Shown: piece after piece, positions 15,482 through 25,311 of the stretch | Numbering within the stretch: position 1 is the first letter of the stretch | How the letters are laid out: the number at the start of each line of letters is the position of its first letter | DNA from: a virus | Length of the DNA stretch: 56,834 nt | Virus record (IMG/VR): IMGVR_UViG_3300029708_000018 | Coordinates: 1 to 56,834 of that record | Reading direction: 5' to 3' (one strand) | Notes under the pieces: generated by a model | What the model was told of the DNA's origin: nothing | The model's database searches: none | The model's input: only the letters and a program-made list of their open reading frames with translations | Position numbers and translations under genes: made by a program

Positions 15482-17587
15482 TTACATAAAAAATCCGTCT
15501 CTTATATAAAGACAACTTACTCTGACATTTCCACTATAATTACCCGTATCAACGGTTGCTAAATTTTTGAGCCTTATATTTGTGCTGTCATCAACAAAGC
15601 TAGTCTGGTAATGGTTCATAAAAGAACTGCTCGTTCCAGATATGCTCACGTTTGCCATAACCCTTGTATATCCATCCTTTTTTCCTAGACTAGTAAAATT
15701 CCAATCATTATCTACTCCGGCACTTTGAGTTATATATCTCGCTTGTGTTCTCCATATAATAATTTGGTCAAGAGAAACATTCGCTATAGATATTGAGCTT
15801 GGGTCGCTTTTTACCTCTAACCACGTGCTATTAAGCTTTAATACTTCAGATTCAAGTAAAAGTGTTTTTAACCCTGTTTTTATTAAAAAGTCTCCAATAG
15901 AATCATCTGCTTCTATTAAAATTACGCCATTGTCTACCTTAAAGCTCTGCGTAAATTCTCCTGACGCACCAGTAATTGTTTTACCGTTTATAGTAGTACC
16001 AGTAATGTTTTCTGCGTCAACACTCCCTGCTTTAACGTTAAGTGCATTGACATATTCTGTCGTTACAGTATTCTTGGTTATAATAGTCACATCGTTAGAT
16101 GTCTGATATCCTGCTCCATTCACAAGTTGGTTGTTGTTTGTTGGAATATCGCCGCTTTTTGCAATACCACTATTTTCGGCTAAATCTCCTACTACAATAG
16201 TGCCTTTCAAGTTGATTTTGTTTGCTTCAATCATCACGGTTTCTGCTGATTGATTAATCTTCGATATAATTTCATCACTACCGACTTTTTTAGACACTTC
16301 GGATGTTATGTTTTCAGCGGTCTGTTTAATCTGTGAAGATAAATCATTTTCGACATCCGTTATTGTGGACTTTGTTTCTTCTATAGTTCTTTCAAGTTTA
16401 TTACTTCTGTTTTCAAGCTGTTTTATGCTTGTTTGTGTGCTGTTTACTTTTTCACTGTAGTATTGCTCCCCCACAGAACTAAAGCTGTCTCTAAGTGCTT
16501 GTATGCCCTTAAAATCACGTTCTAAAACGTAAGATTCAACTATGGCATTTTTTGTTAAAATCCTTATTGCGTCTCCAACTTCTAGGCATGGGTTCCCTCG
16601 TAAATCTGCCGTAAAAGGTCTGTATCGGATTTTAGATATTTTGTTGTAGATATTTTGCGCAATTGTCTGCATTTCATCGGCTGTTTTTTGATATGTCAGC
16701 ATATTGTTTTCGATGATGTATGCATTATTTCCATTGCCAATGATCGTACCTACATCGCTATCAGATGAACGTATTTGAAGCTTTGTAATCGGTTCAACAA
16801 TGTAATCCTCATAATCTGCCGTTATGTAATCCGACTTATTGATTCTGTAAGAATCCGGCGATTTTGGGTAGAGATCATCTGACGGATAAAGGTCGTTCGC
16901 AGGATACAGTCCTTGAATATCTTGTTTTAAATAGATGTATTCAAATTGTCCTTGCCTGTTAATATGACCGAAACATCCGTTAATTTCACAAATGGCTTTA
17001 ATTACTGTGCTACCACTTAATACGTTGGTCTGAACATTTCCAGTTTCTTTATCGAGTGATCGCTTGATTACCATAGAATCATTTGGTAATGTAATGTCTT
17101 TTTGTGTCACTCCAAAATGCTCAAAAAAACTATCTCTGAAATTCTTTAATGTGATTGTCGAATCAAGATTAGGCAACACAAAATCATACCATTCCATAAC
17201 ATTGGCATTAATTATGTCGTATAGTGCGTCATATGCTACTACGTCACGTTGTGTTCTGTCCGCTGTAGGTTTATCAGAATAAACCTTGTAGCGTCCGAAT
17301 TGAAATGGCTTATCAGTGTTGCCGTTAAGAGACATTGTGACTGTAATCCATTTTCCCTTAAGTGATGTAAACACATTTGACATTGTAAATTTAACAGAAC
17401 TTGCTTCGCATGAACCGAACGCAATTTCCGATTCAGAACATAAGCTTTCTGTCAATTCAAACTTTTCTTGATGTAGCTCAGTGTTAGTTATAGTCGCTTT
17501 CTTGTCGTCAGTCTGAATTATCAATTGTTTGTCTATTCCGTCTTTTTTAAATAATTCGCTTAATTCATAATCAACCATCGTATACAC
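15482..17587 (-). CDS. Tail-associated (Tal-like) minor structural / baseplate protein.
   Basis: 701 aa. Sits between the Dit-like gene and the fibre gene. Has a central coiled coil. Confidence 0.65.
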   Translation of the reverse strand: MYTMVDYELSELFKKDGIDKQLIIQTDDKKATITNTELHQEKFELTESLCSESEIAFGSCEASSVKFTMSNVFTSLKGKWITVTMSLNGNTDKPFQFGRYKVYSDKPTADRTQRDVVAYDALYDIINANVMEWYDFVLPNLDSTITLKNFRDSFFEHFGVTQKDITLPNDSMVIKRSLDKETGNVQTNVLSGSTVIKAICEINGCFGHINRQGQFEYIYLKQDIQGLYPANDLYPSDDLYPKSPDSYRINKSDYITADYEDYIVEPITKLQIRSSDSDVGTIIGNGNNAYIIENNMLTYQKTADEMQTIAQNIYNKISKIRYRPFTADLRGNPCLEVGDAIRILTKNAIVESYVLERDFKGIQALRDSFSSVGEQYYSEKVNSTQTSIKQLENRSNKLERTIEETKSTITDVENDLSSQIKQTAENITSEVSKKVGSDEIISKINQSAETVMIEANKINLKGTIVVGDLAENSGIAKSGDIPTNNNQLVNGAGYQTSNDVTIITKNTVTTEYVNALNVKAGSVDAENITGTTINGKTITGASGEFTQSFKVDNGVILIEADDSIGDFLIKTGLKTLLLESEVLKLNSTWLEVKSDPSSISIANVSLDQIIIWRTQARYITQSAGVDNDWNFTSLGKKDGYTRVMANVSISGTSSSFMNHYQTSFVDDSTNIRLKNLATVDTGNYSGNVRVSCLYIRDGFFM

Positions 17588-17987
17588 CGCCTATCACAGA
17601 GAATTTGATTGAGTTATATTTAATCGTTGTGTTGTCCGCATAATACATTTGCGGCTTAAAATCAGCCAAGTAGCCTTTTTGTGTCACGTAATCATCGTAT
17701 TCCGGTATATAAGCCGTAAAATAAAATTCTCTTCCGGCTTCTCCTATTATATTTTCCCGAATGTTGCCTAAAAGTTCATTTAAATCTGTCTGTGTGAGCA
17801 TTGCCGGAGTTTCAAATTCAACTTTACTTGCTTTCAGTTCGACCGGATTACGATGTAAATATCCGTTTGCATCCGTATAATCCTCAACATCCTGCATATT
17901 CACATACGGACTATAACTTTGTGGCTTAAAGAATTTTTTAGGGATTGTGTAATCTCCAATTTTTAACAAATATCCTGCGTAAGCCAT
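17571..17987 (-). CDS. Distal tail protein candidate (138 aa).
   Basis: Immediately follows the tape measure gene. GGAGGT RBS. Confidence 0.45.
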   Translation of the reverse strand: MAYAGYLLKIGDYTIPKKFFKPQSYSPYVNMQDVEDYTDANGYLHRNPVELKASKVEFETPAMLTQTDLNELLGNIRENIIGEAGREFYFTAYIPEYDDYVTQKGYLADFKPQMYYADNTTIKYNSIKFSVIGGVYDG

Positions 17988-18001
17988 TTTCTTACCTCCA
18001 A

Positions 18002-18030
18002 TAAAAAGAGGACAGCCGAAGCCATCCTCT
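18002..18030 (-). terminator. Intrinsic terminator overlapping the tape-measure stop codon.
   Basis: 10-bp stem AGAGGATGGC/GCTGTCCTCT (two G-U pairs), TTCG loop, then TTTTTATT. Confidence 0.6.
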
Positions 18031-21000
18031 AAAACGCATATGCGTCACGTCCTGTTCTGTTCTTGTAATCTTTTGCATAATCTCTGCTTGCCTTGCCTAT
18101 ATCGGATTTCGATATTCCATACTGCTTATTCAATATTCCGGTCAATAGTTCGATTTCTTGCCCCATGTACGCTATTTGTTGCTGTGCTGTGTCGAGTATA
18201 GCTTCTCTGATACCGGTTATCTCTGCACCACCGGCAACAGCAGTCCTACCGCCAACAGTTCCAAGCATTTCCGCTTTGCCGTTCTCGCCTGCCATAAACA
18301 TACTGTACTGGTCAGGATAACCGCCGGTTGCATAACCTGCAATATCAAGCAAACTTGTATGCCCTAAGCCGTTAAGTCCTGTCGTTATTCCAAGTGACTT
18401 ATTTTTGTACTCAAATAGGCTATCAAGACTTGCAGTAATGCCGTCTATGCCATTTTTAATATTTGTCAATCCATCCGAAGTTGCCTTTATATAGAATGGT
18501 GTCTTGACCGCATCTCGTAAATTGTCCGTTGAATCCTTTAATCCGTTTACATTATTATAAGTAGAATACAAGCTTGCATTAGAATCTTTTTTCATATTAC
18601 GCATTGAACCAGATACACTTGTGCTGGTAGCTCCGGCTGTGGTTGCAAGTCCGCCGATTGAGCCATTAAGTCCGTTTACATTATTATAAGTAGAATATAA
18701 GCTTGCATTTGAACTCTTTTTCATGCCGCCAATCGAACCAGCTACGCTTATGCTGGTAGCTCCGGCTGTAGTTGCAAGTCCACCGATTGAGCCACCAAGT
18801 CCATTTGCACTGTTGTACATAGAGTACATATCAGAGTTTGAACTCTTTTTCATACCTCCGATTGAACCAGATACACTTGTACTGGTATTTCCGGCTGTGG
18901 TTGCAAGTGAATCAAAACTGCCTTTTGTTCCACCTATATTTCCATTGACACTTGAAAGTGAACCACCAACGTTTGTTCCCATATTCGCAAATGACTTTGC
19001 TGTATTAGTGGCAGAAGTTTGCGCCGTGTTGCTAAGGTTGGATGAAGATTTTGCCGTGTTGCTTAAATCCGTTTGTGCAACATCTAATACTCCCCCGATT
19101 CCGGATACAACTGATGAAGCAGTATCTCCCACATCATCAAAATCATCCTTTATATTATCAGTGCTATCTTCTACCTCATCTTCTGTGTCTTTGGCAATCT
19201 TTGGTATGTCTACCAACGGTATTCTGTTAAGTAAGTCAATTGCGTTATTAATTATGTCAATGATTGCGTTTTTTGCATTTTTAAACACATTTTTAAGTGG
19301 GGCTAAATCTGTTATTTTGGCTAATGTTTTTCCAATATTTTTAAAGAAAACAATAACCGGCGCAAAATTAAGTCCAACTTTGCCACATATTGCTTTCCAT
19401 ATGCCCTCGAAAATCTTTTGAATTCCCTCCCATGCCGACTTCCAATTGCCGGACAATACTCCGGTTATGAATTGCACGATTCCAGAGAAAGTGGTCTTCA
19501 CTCCTTCGATAATTTTTGAGATCGCACCTACTTTTAATTTAACAGTGGATACAAAGCTTCCACCGATAAAGCTTATTATTGGCTTTAGGATGTTTTCATA
19601 AAGTTCACTAAAGATATCAATAAGTCCACCAATTATAGGAATTAACGTCTTGCTGAAAAACTCGCCTAAAACCACAAATTCTTCCTCAAAATTATCTTTC
19701 AAAAATTTACCAAAAGGCAATAACACGTCATAGTATATTTCACTAAGCATATCAGACAGCCCCTTTATTGCGTCTGACAACACTCCGCCAAGCAACCCCG
19801 CTATAGGATTTAAGACATTACGATACAATCCTGTTAATACATCAACCAGTAATGGGATTGCAGTGTTACCCATAAACTGTAATGCCGGCTTAAGAATCAC
19901 ATTCCAAGCAGAATTGAACGCCCCGGAAATAAATTCTCCCAGTGGTTTAAATGCATTAAGTAAATTTGAAAAGCCTTGCTTAACGTCCGGCAAGACTTCC
20001 TGAGACAAAAATTCAAATGCTGGGGATAATTTATCTGCTACTTTGTTCGCTAAATCATCAAAATCTTTAACGCCTAAAAGTTTGCTTAAGTTACCACCGG
20101 TTATAGCGTCAAGTGTTCCGTATGTGAGTTCGAGTGCGGCATTAAATGCACTCCACACTAATTCTGCAAGTCCGCTTAAAATTCCAACCCAGTCAACAGC
20201 TGTCAAGAACTCAACAATTTTGTGCGGTATCAGTTCCCAATCCACAGTATCGAGGAAAGCAATTATTGTATCCTCTATACCTATAATCCAAGTAGATATA
20301 GTCTCTCCAAGAAGTGCAAAATCAAAAGTGGTAAAAAATTCATTAATACCTGTAGCAATAGACACACCAAAATTAGTCCAGTCAAACGTTGTGCCGAATG
20401 AATCAAGGAAGTGTAATACTGTATTGAGTGCTCCGGCTATTGTTCTTCCCAGTGCGCCGAATAATTCCGGCGAGATCAAACCATTTAAAAATTCTGCAAG
20501 TCCTGTACCAAAATTATCAGCCGCACTATATACAGATTGCCAATTGATTGAATTTAATGAATCCGTGATAGCCTTTCCGATATATGCACCTAAGTCGTAA
20601 AGACTTTTAATTGATGATTTGTATTTTTCGACAAGTCCATCTACTTTTTTAAGTGAGGATTTTGTGCCGCTTCCAGCTCCTGCACCACTACCGCCGCCGC
20701 TATCTTTGCCTTTGCCACTATCTTTGTTAAGGCTAATGATATTCAGCTCATCAAACTTACGTGCGCCGTTTACCATGTCTTTAACATTTTTGGCGGCGTC
20801 TCCGGTACTATCCGCAACGTCTCCGGCACTATCTGCGGCGTCACTCATAGTATCATCTAATGCTCCGGCACCACTAATCTCGACAGTCCAACCGAAGATC
20901 GCTCCAAGTGCATTTGCTACAGTTTGAGTAAAACTAATAACTTTTAACATGACCGCATTAAGCGTGTGTACAAGCGGTTTAAAAGCGTTGATTATCGTGC

Positions 21001-22345
21001 CACCAATAATACTTCCCCACGCTTGAAACTCTTGCTTTAAGGTTCTGACAGAGTTAGCCCATGTATCGGCTGTCTTAGCAAAATCGCCTTGTGCGGCTGT
21101 TGTATTAGCCATAACATACTGATAACGCAACATTGTTTTTTCAGCTTGCGTCATCGACTTAACATCACTGTCAAGTCCATTAGCCATAGCCCACTCTGAA
21201 AGTGTGGCTTGCGTTAAGTCAAGTCCATATTTACGCAGTGGTACTACCATACCGGTATAAATTGCCGATAAATCTTCTGCGACATCTGCTTGGTCTTTAT
21301 CGTAAAATGATGCAATATCAGCTGTTAATTTAGTCAAGTTAAGTGACATATCGGCAAGGCTTTGGGTTGAACTATATGCTGTGTCCTTTGTCTCTGCCAG
21401 TTTGTCGTTAATCAGCTTTGTGCCGTTTGCGACTTGAGCGGAACTAATTCCCATTGCTGAACCCATAGCCTGGAATCTACTGGCAGTTTGCTTTGCAGTT
21501 AATTCCGACATTCCGAAGTCTTGAATTGATGTTTCCGTAAAATCATCAAGTTTGCCTGCCATGTTGCCAAACGTGGTATCTACTACGTTTTGAACCTCTG
21601 TTAATTGGCTTGACAAATCTACTGCATCACGCAGTTTGCTTGTTGCACGAATTACCATCCAATAAGTTGCGTAGAATTTGCCTAGTGTGCTTGCCAAGCC
21701 TTTGAATCCGCCACTGGTTGAGCTTGTTGACTTAGTCAGTCCGCTTAGTTTGCTTTTTAGCCCCTCTGACTGCGTAGATACGCTGTTAAATGTGCTTGTT
21801 ATGCCTTTTCTTGCACTCTGTACTTTTGAGCCTTGGCTTGCCAGTCTAGCAAGTGCATTTGTCATTTCAATTATATTCTTGCTGACTGTAGGTGCAGTTG
21901 ATAAAGTAGTTAATGTTTGCTTTAACGCTGTGCCTAACTCACGTATGTTATTTGCGGCATTTCCAGCTGATTTTGAGCCAAGTTTACTTATCGCCTTAGT
22001 TACCTGTACTATGTTGTCGCTTTGTTTAGATATTCCGGCAAAAGAAGCTAACTGTTTAGACATATTACCAAGTGCCGCAGATGAACTGACAAGTCTTGCA
22101 GTATCAAGGTTGCCAAGTTTTTGCATATTTTGAGCAACTTTGCTGAACGTTCTGGTATCAATGCTGCTTAAACCACGCACAGATTTTGAAAGTTCGCTTA
22201 GTCCACTTGAAAAATTATGAAGATTTGAACCATTAATTGACGATAATGCACTGCCAAGAGAACGCAATTTGCTTTCAAGATTTCCAATGGATTTTGCCGC
22301 TTGATCTGCGGTTGTCTTGATTTGAAGTTCGAGTGTTTCCGCCAT
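18029..22345 (-). CDS. Tail tape measure protein.
   Basis: 1438 aa. Helical/Gly-rich low-complexity sequence. Sits after the chaperone genes. Confidence 0.9.
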   Translation of the reverse strand: MAETLELQIKTTADQAAKSIGNLESKLRSLGSALSSINGSNLHNFSSGLSELSKSVRGLSSIDTRTFSKVAQNMQKLGNLDTARLVSSSAALGNMSKQLASFAGISKQSDNIVQVTKAISKLGSKSAGNAANNIRELGTALKQTLTTLSTAPTVSKNIIEMTNALARLASQGSKVQSARKGITSTFNSVSTQSEGLKSKLSGLTKSTSSTSGGFKGLASTLGKFYATYWMVIRATSKLRDAVDLSSQLTEVQNVVDTTFGNMAGKLDDFTETSIQDFGMSELTAKQTASRFQAMGSAMGISSAQVANGTKLINDKLAETKDTAYSSTQSLADMSLNLTKLTADIASFYDKDQADVAEDLSAIYTGMVVPLRKYGLDLTQATLSEWAMANGLDSDVKSMTQAEKTMLRYQYVMANTTAAQGDFAKTADTWANSVRTLKQEFQAWGSIIGGTIINAFKPLVHTLNAVMLKVISFTQTVANALGAIFGWTVEISGAGALDDTMSDAADSAGDVADSTGDAAKNVKDMVNGARKFDELNIISLNKDSGKGKDSGGGSGAGAGSGTKSSLKKVDGLVEKYKSSIKSLYDLGAYIGKAITDSLNSINWQSVYSAADNFGTGLAEFLNGLISPELFGALGRTIAGALNTVLHFLDSFGTTFDWTNFGVSIATGINEFFTTFDFALLGETISTWIIGIEDTIIAFLDTVDWELIPHKIVEFLTAVDWVGILSGLAELVWSAFNAALELTYGTLDAITGGNLSKLLGVKDFDDLANKVADKLSPAFEFLSQEVLPDVKQGFSNLLNAFKPLGEFISGAFNSAWNVILKPALQFMGNTAIPLLVDVLTGLYRNVLNPIAGLLGGVLSDAIKGLSDMLSEIYYDVLLPFGKFLKDNFEEEFVVLGEFFSKTLIPIIGGLIDIFSELYENILKPIISFIGGSFVSTVKLKVGAISKIIEGVKTTFSGIVQFITGVLSGNWKSAWEGIQKIFEGIWKAICGKVGLNFAPVIVFFKNIGKTLAKITDLAPLKNVFKNAKNAIIDIINNAIDLLNRIPLVDIPKIAKDTEDEVEDSTDNIKDDFDDVGDTASSVVSGIGGVLDVAQTDLSNTAKSSSNLSNTAQTSATNTAKSFANMGTNVGGSLSSVNGNIGGTKGSFDSLATTAGNTSTSVSGSIGGMKKSSNSDMYSMYNSANGLGGSIGGLATTAGATSISVAGSIGGMKKSSNASLYSTYNNVNGLNGSIGGLATTAGATSTSVSGSMRNMKKDSNASLYSTYNNVNGLKDSTDNLRDAVKTPFYIKATSDGLTNIKNGIDGITASLDSLFEYKNKSLGITTGLNGLGHTSLLDIAGYATGGYPDQYSMFMAGENGKAEMLGTVGGRTAVAGGAEITGIREAILDTAQQQIAYMGQEIELLTGILNKQYGISKSDIGKASRDYAKDYKNRTGRDAYAF
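18542..18928 (-). repeat. Three tandem 129-bp (43-aa) repeats inside the tape measure gene.
   Basis: tccgtttacattattataagtagaata recurs at 18542 and 18671, with a diverged copy at 18800. The protein repeat is GSIGGMKKSSNxxxYSxYNxxNGL... Confidence 0.8.
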
Positions 22346-22364
22346 ACTTTGTACCTCTGCATAC

Positions 22365-22401
22365 GAAAAAAGCCGGAGAATATTTCATCTCCGACTTTTT
22401 T
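22365..22401. terminator. Bidirectional intrinsic terminator between the endolysin and tape measure genes.
   Basis: Stem GCCGGAGA/TCTCCGAC flanked by A6 and T6. Confidence 0.65.
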
Positions 22402-22405
22402 CGTG

Positions 22406-23383
22406 TTAACATACTTTGTTTTTACTTATTTTGATTTTAATTTCGCCTGTTTGACTAAAATCAATGCAACCATTCTTGACATACCATATGCCGCCATCAT
22501 TTGCCGCAAACCCTGTGTAGTTGAAATCAACCTCGCCTTTACGGACATACCACCATCTATCGCCCTCTGATATCGGTTTATGTACAAGTCCGCAATGTGT
22601 AAAATCGACTCTTCCGCCTTTAACATAATACCAATGGCGCACACCGTTAATTACTCTATCCTTTAAGCCGTTGACAGTAAAATCGACTTTTCCGGCTTTA
22701 ATCCAAAACCATCCATTTTTATTCTGTGCAAAACCGGTATAACTTTTATCTATTGAGCCATTACTGTAGTAATACCAGTTGCCGTCATTTGCGGCACTAT
22801 TAGCTAATCCATTCATTCCGTTTTCCTCCGATATTGATTTATTCATAATTGCAAACGCAATAGCTTGTGAAATCTTTTGATATCCAAGCTTTGTATACAG
22901 GTTGTAATCGTCCTTATCGTCAACAAAGCATATCTCAAGTAGTATTGCTGGTGCTTTCGTATGATTTAAAAAATACAGTCCACTTGTTGTTTTAGTTCCT
23001 CGGTCTGTAAAACCTAGTGATTTCATATTTTCACGAATCCTTTCAGCAAGTATACCTTTACCATTGCCGGTATCGGTGCACCATACTTCAAAGCCGCCTG
23101 TTGAACCATCCCCTGCGTAATCATCTCTACCGCTATTAAGGTGGATTGATATATCGTAATCGACAGAATGTGCATTACACTTTGCTACAATCTTTTTAAG
23201 AACGTCGTTCTGCGATGTTCCATTGTCCACAGTGCAGTTATATACTGTATTTCCATGCGTCTGTAATATTCTTTGAATCTCGCTTGAGATTAATCTATCC
23301 TCTCTTGATTCATCAAGTAATCCTGTTGCACCGCAAGCAATTTTTCCGGCTGGGTTGTGACCACCATGTATGTTATATATCAT
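22406..23383 (-). CDS. Endolysin: N-acetylmuramoyl-L-alanine amidase with C-terminal cell-wall-binding repeats.
   Basis: The N-terminus looks Amidase_3-like (HGGHNPAG...HLNSG). The C-terminus has five or six ~20-aa repeats (GWFWIKAGKVDFTVNGL, HWYYVKGGRVDFTHCGL, ...). Confidence 0.85.
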   Translation of the reverse strand: MIYNIHGGHNPAGKIACGATGLLDESREDRLISSEIQRILQTHGNTVYNCTVDNGTSQNDVLKKIVAKCNAHSVDYDISIHLNSGRDDYAGDGSTGGFEVWCTDTGNGKGILAERIRENMKSLGFTDRGTKTTSGLYFLNHTKAPAILLEICFVDDKDDYNLYTKLGYQKISQAIAFAIMNKSISEENGMNGLANSAANDGNWYYYSNGSIDKSYTGFAQNKNGWFWIKAGKVDFTVNGLKDRVINGVRHWYYVKGGRVDFTHCGLVHKPISEGDRWWYVRKGEVDFNYTGFAANDGGIWYVKNGCIDFSQTGEIKIKISKNKVC

Positions 23384-24190
23384 TCGTTTTCACTTCTTTC
23401 TTTGGATGAGCTAAATCAAAATTCGCTTTCAATGTTTCCATCTTTAATCTATGCTCATACCGCAATCTTATAATTTCATCTTCTGTAAGCTCTTTATCTT
23501 CTTGTGCTCTTTGTGATATTGGTTTATCAATATATTTTGTTTTGGACTTCTTTCCGGCAAGGCACCTTTCCACTGCCGTAAGAGTTGCACTAAAGCCGTA
23601 ATTCCCCCACCAAATCCACATTAAAGCATCCATATTATCTTGTTCCAGCTTATAAGCCTTTGCGTAAGGCTCTAAATCTGCCGGACAAGACATATCTATA
23701 TCATGCACAGTAAATCCGTATCCTTTGGTTATCATGAGCCAATAGGGGCGAACTTCTGTGCAATACAGTTCCCATGTAAGTTCTTTTACTTGGTTGCCGT
23801 AGTTTTCTTCGCTACTGTTTTCTTTGTTTTGCTCTGCTCCTGTCGAAGCATCTTTGATAAAAAACTGTTATCTTCCAGTTCTTTTATCAAATTCTGAATA
23901 AGGGATGTCATATCATTATCTTCGAGATAATCGTCAAGAATCGCATACATCTGTTCCATTCGTTGCTCTTTTTCGGCTTCGTTATATGGGTCAAAGCCAA
24001 ATGTGTCAGAATGAAATTTCTGTAAACCTACAAGCAAAAGCTCCGGTGCAAGTATTAACATTTTGTCAAGTGCTTCGAGATCATCTGCTGATGTTTCGAG
24101 GTCGGCTACTTTTTTCAAAATTTTATTTTTAACTGTCGCTTCATATCCGAATTTAACTGTGTATTCTTTTCCATTTAATGTAATCTTCAT
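23373..24190 (-). CDS. Tail assembly chaperone frameshift product (gpGT-like), produced by a -1 shift at 23864-23858.
   Basis: The -1 frame is open from the slip site for 41 codons and runs in frame into ORF 23373..23735. Confidence 0.7.
23786..24190 (-). CDS. Tail assembly chaperone (gpG-like, 134 aa).
   Basis: Sits between the major tail gene and the tape measure region. Contains a slippery heptamer near its 3' end. Confidence 0.7.
   Translation of the reverse strand: MKITLNGKEYTVKFGYEATVKNKILKKVADLETSADDLEALDKMLILAPELLLVGLQKFHSDTFGFDPYNEAEKEQRMEQMYAILDDYLEDNDMTSLIQNLIKELEDNSFLSKMLRQEQSKTKKTVAKKTTATK
23858..23864 (-). promoter_or_regulatory. Programmed -1 ribosomal frameshift heptamer T TTT TTA.
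   Basis: The zero frame reads agT TTT TTA (S F L), which fits the X XXY YYZ pattern exactly. Confidence 0.7.
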
Positions 24191-24218
24191 AATTCTTTCC
24201 CTTTCTCCCTAATTTATA

Positions 24219-24246
24219 GGGAAAGAGGCAGTCCTAAGACCGCCTC
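24219..24246 (-). terminator. Terminator-like hairpin downstream of the major tail gene.
   Basis: 9-bp stem GAGGCGGTC/GACTGCCTC, TTAG loop, and a short TTT tail. Confidence 0.45.
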
Positions 24247-24333
24247 AAACTCTTGGCAATTAATAAGTTTCTTCAAGTTCCGAATCGGTCGTATCTACGT
24301 CAGCCGATTTGACCATTTTACTCGACTGACTTT

Positions 24334-24810
24334 TTATTCCCCCGGTGTTGGTTCTACCTTTGCTGATGTTCCTATCATCTCTTCTATAATGAGATTAATT
24401 TCCATTGTTAATAGTTCGTTTTGGCTCTTACCGGATATAGGTAAAATTGATGGTGGCTGTGCCACAAAGAACTCTGCATCTGAAAGCCCCGGTGTAATCT
24501 CTTGGAACCACATTCTCTTGCCACCTGTAAGACCTTTATATGTTGCAATGAGGTCTGTCCATTCTTTGATGGTTTCTGCCGTTCTGTTAACTGTAACTGC
24601 GACGCTGTCTGTGATTGTGTCACGACCTGCGACATTTCTTGTCTTTGAGTCCTCAAGGGCTGATGCATCTATTGACTCTGGTTCGACTGTAATCTCTGCA
24701 ATCTCATTGATTCTCGTAAGCAATTTAAATGCTGTAGGCTTCTGCCCTGCAACTGTTTCAGTTCCATAAGACAAAGTAATACCGAGAGTACTTAATCCTG
24801 CTGTTGCCAT
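24334..24810 (-). CDS. Major tail (tube) protein.
   Basis: 158 aa, starts MATAGLSTLGITLSYGTETVAGQKPTAF.... Position and size fit a siphovirus tube protein. Confidence 0.75.
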   Translation of the reverse strand: MATAGLSTLGITLSYGTETVAGQKPTAFKLLTRINEIAEITVEPESIDASALEDSKTRNVAGRDTITDSVAVTVNRTAETIKEWTDLIATYKGLTGGKRMWFQEITPGLSDAEFFVAQPPSILPISGKSQNELLTMEINLIIEEMIGTSAKVEPTPGE

Positions 24811-24872
24811 GTATAACCTCTCTTTCTACCGCCTAACTTTTTGCGGTTAGCAAACTTTTGTTTGGTTTAACG

Positions 24873-24898
24873 TAAAAAAATAAAGCCTTACGGCTTTT
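24873..24898 (-). terminator. Intrinsic terminator upstream of the major tail gene.
   Basis: Stem AAAGCC/GGCTTT followed by ATTTTTTT on the minus strand. Confidence 0.55.
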
Positions 24899-24900
24899 AA

Positions 24901-25311
24901 TCAAAGCAAATTGTCATTCGCAGAAATAATTCTGCTAAATGTGCATACGCTTCTATATATTTTGTTATCTATTGTTTTTCTCGGAAGTGTAATTTCAAAG
25001 CGCATTTGCTTAAATATTTCAGATAAAGTATCTGTAACTTCTTTGCAGTCGGCTTTTTTGTTCGCTGTAACATCCAGTTGGAATGTAGCATTAACCGAAT
25101 TAATGCTTTGACCATCAAGAGTCTTTCCTTTTTCGTTGCCACCTATCATGTGAATGTAAGCAGTAGGAAATACAGCTTCTGTACTTGTAGATTCTTCATC
25201 TGTTATTCTGATTTTAGGATATTTCTTTTTTAATCGTGGTAGGCTCTTAGCCCTGACAAGTGCTACAACTGTACTTTCAAGGTCATAAGCCCATTGATTT
25301 TCGCTTGCCAT
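24901..25311 (-). CDS. Tail terminator / tail completion protein candidate (136 aa).
   Basis: The internal ATG overlaps the upstream stop (TAATG). Sits immediately before the tube gene. Confidence 0.45.
   Translation of the reverse strand: MASENQWAYDLESTVVALVRAKSLPRLKKKYPKIRITDEESTSTEAVFPTAYIHMIGGNEKGKTLDGQSINSVNATFQLDVTANKKADCKEVTDTLSEIFKQMRFEITLPRKTIDNKIYRSVCTFSRIISANDNLL

Noticed and set aside
13337-17587. Diversity-generating retroelement acting on the tail fibre or receptor-binding genes.
   Set aside because: I found no reverse transcriptase ORF anywhere in the window. I also saw no template/variable repeat pair with adenine-specific differences.
18093-22133. Several plus-strand ORFs inside the tape measure gene (for example 18723..19421, 20043..20600, 20619..20927, 21678..22133).
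   Set aside because: They are antisense to a 1438-aa gene with a clear operon context. Their composition-driven open frames have no RBS.
22426-22644. Listed minus-strand ORF of 72 aa overlapping the endolysin's 3' region.
   Set aside because: It is an alternative frame inside the cell-wall-binding repeat region of a well-supported gene, and it has no RBS.
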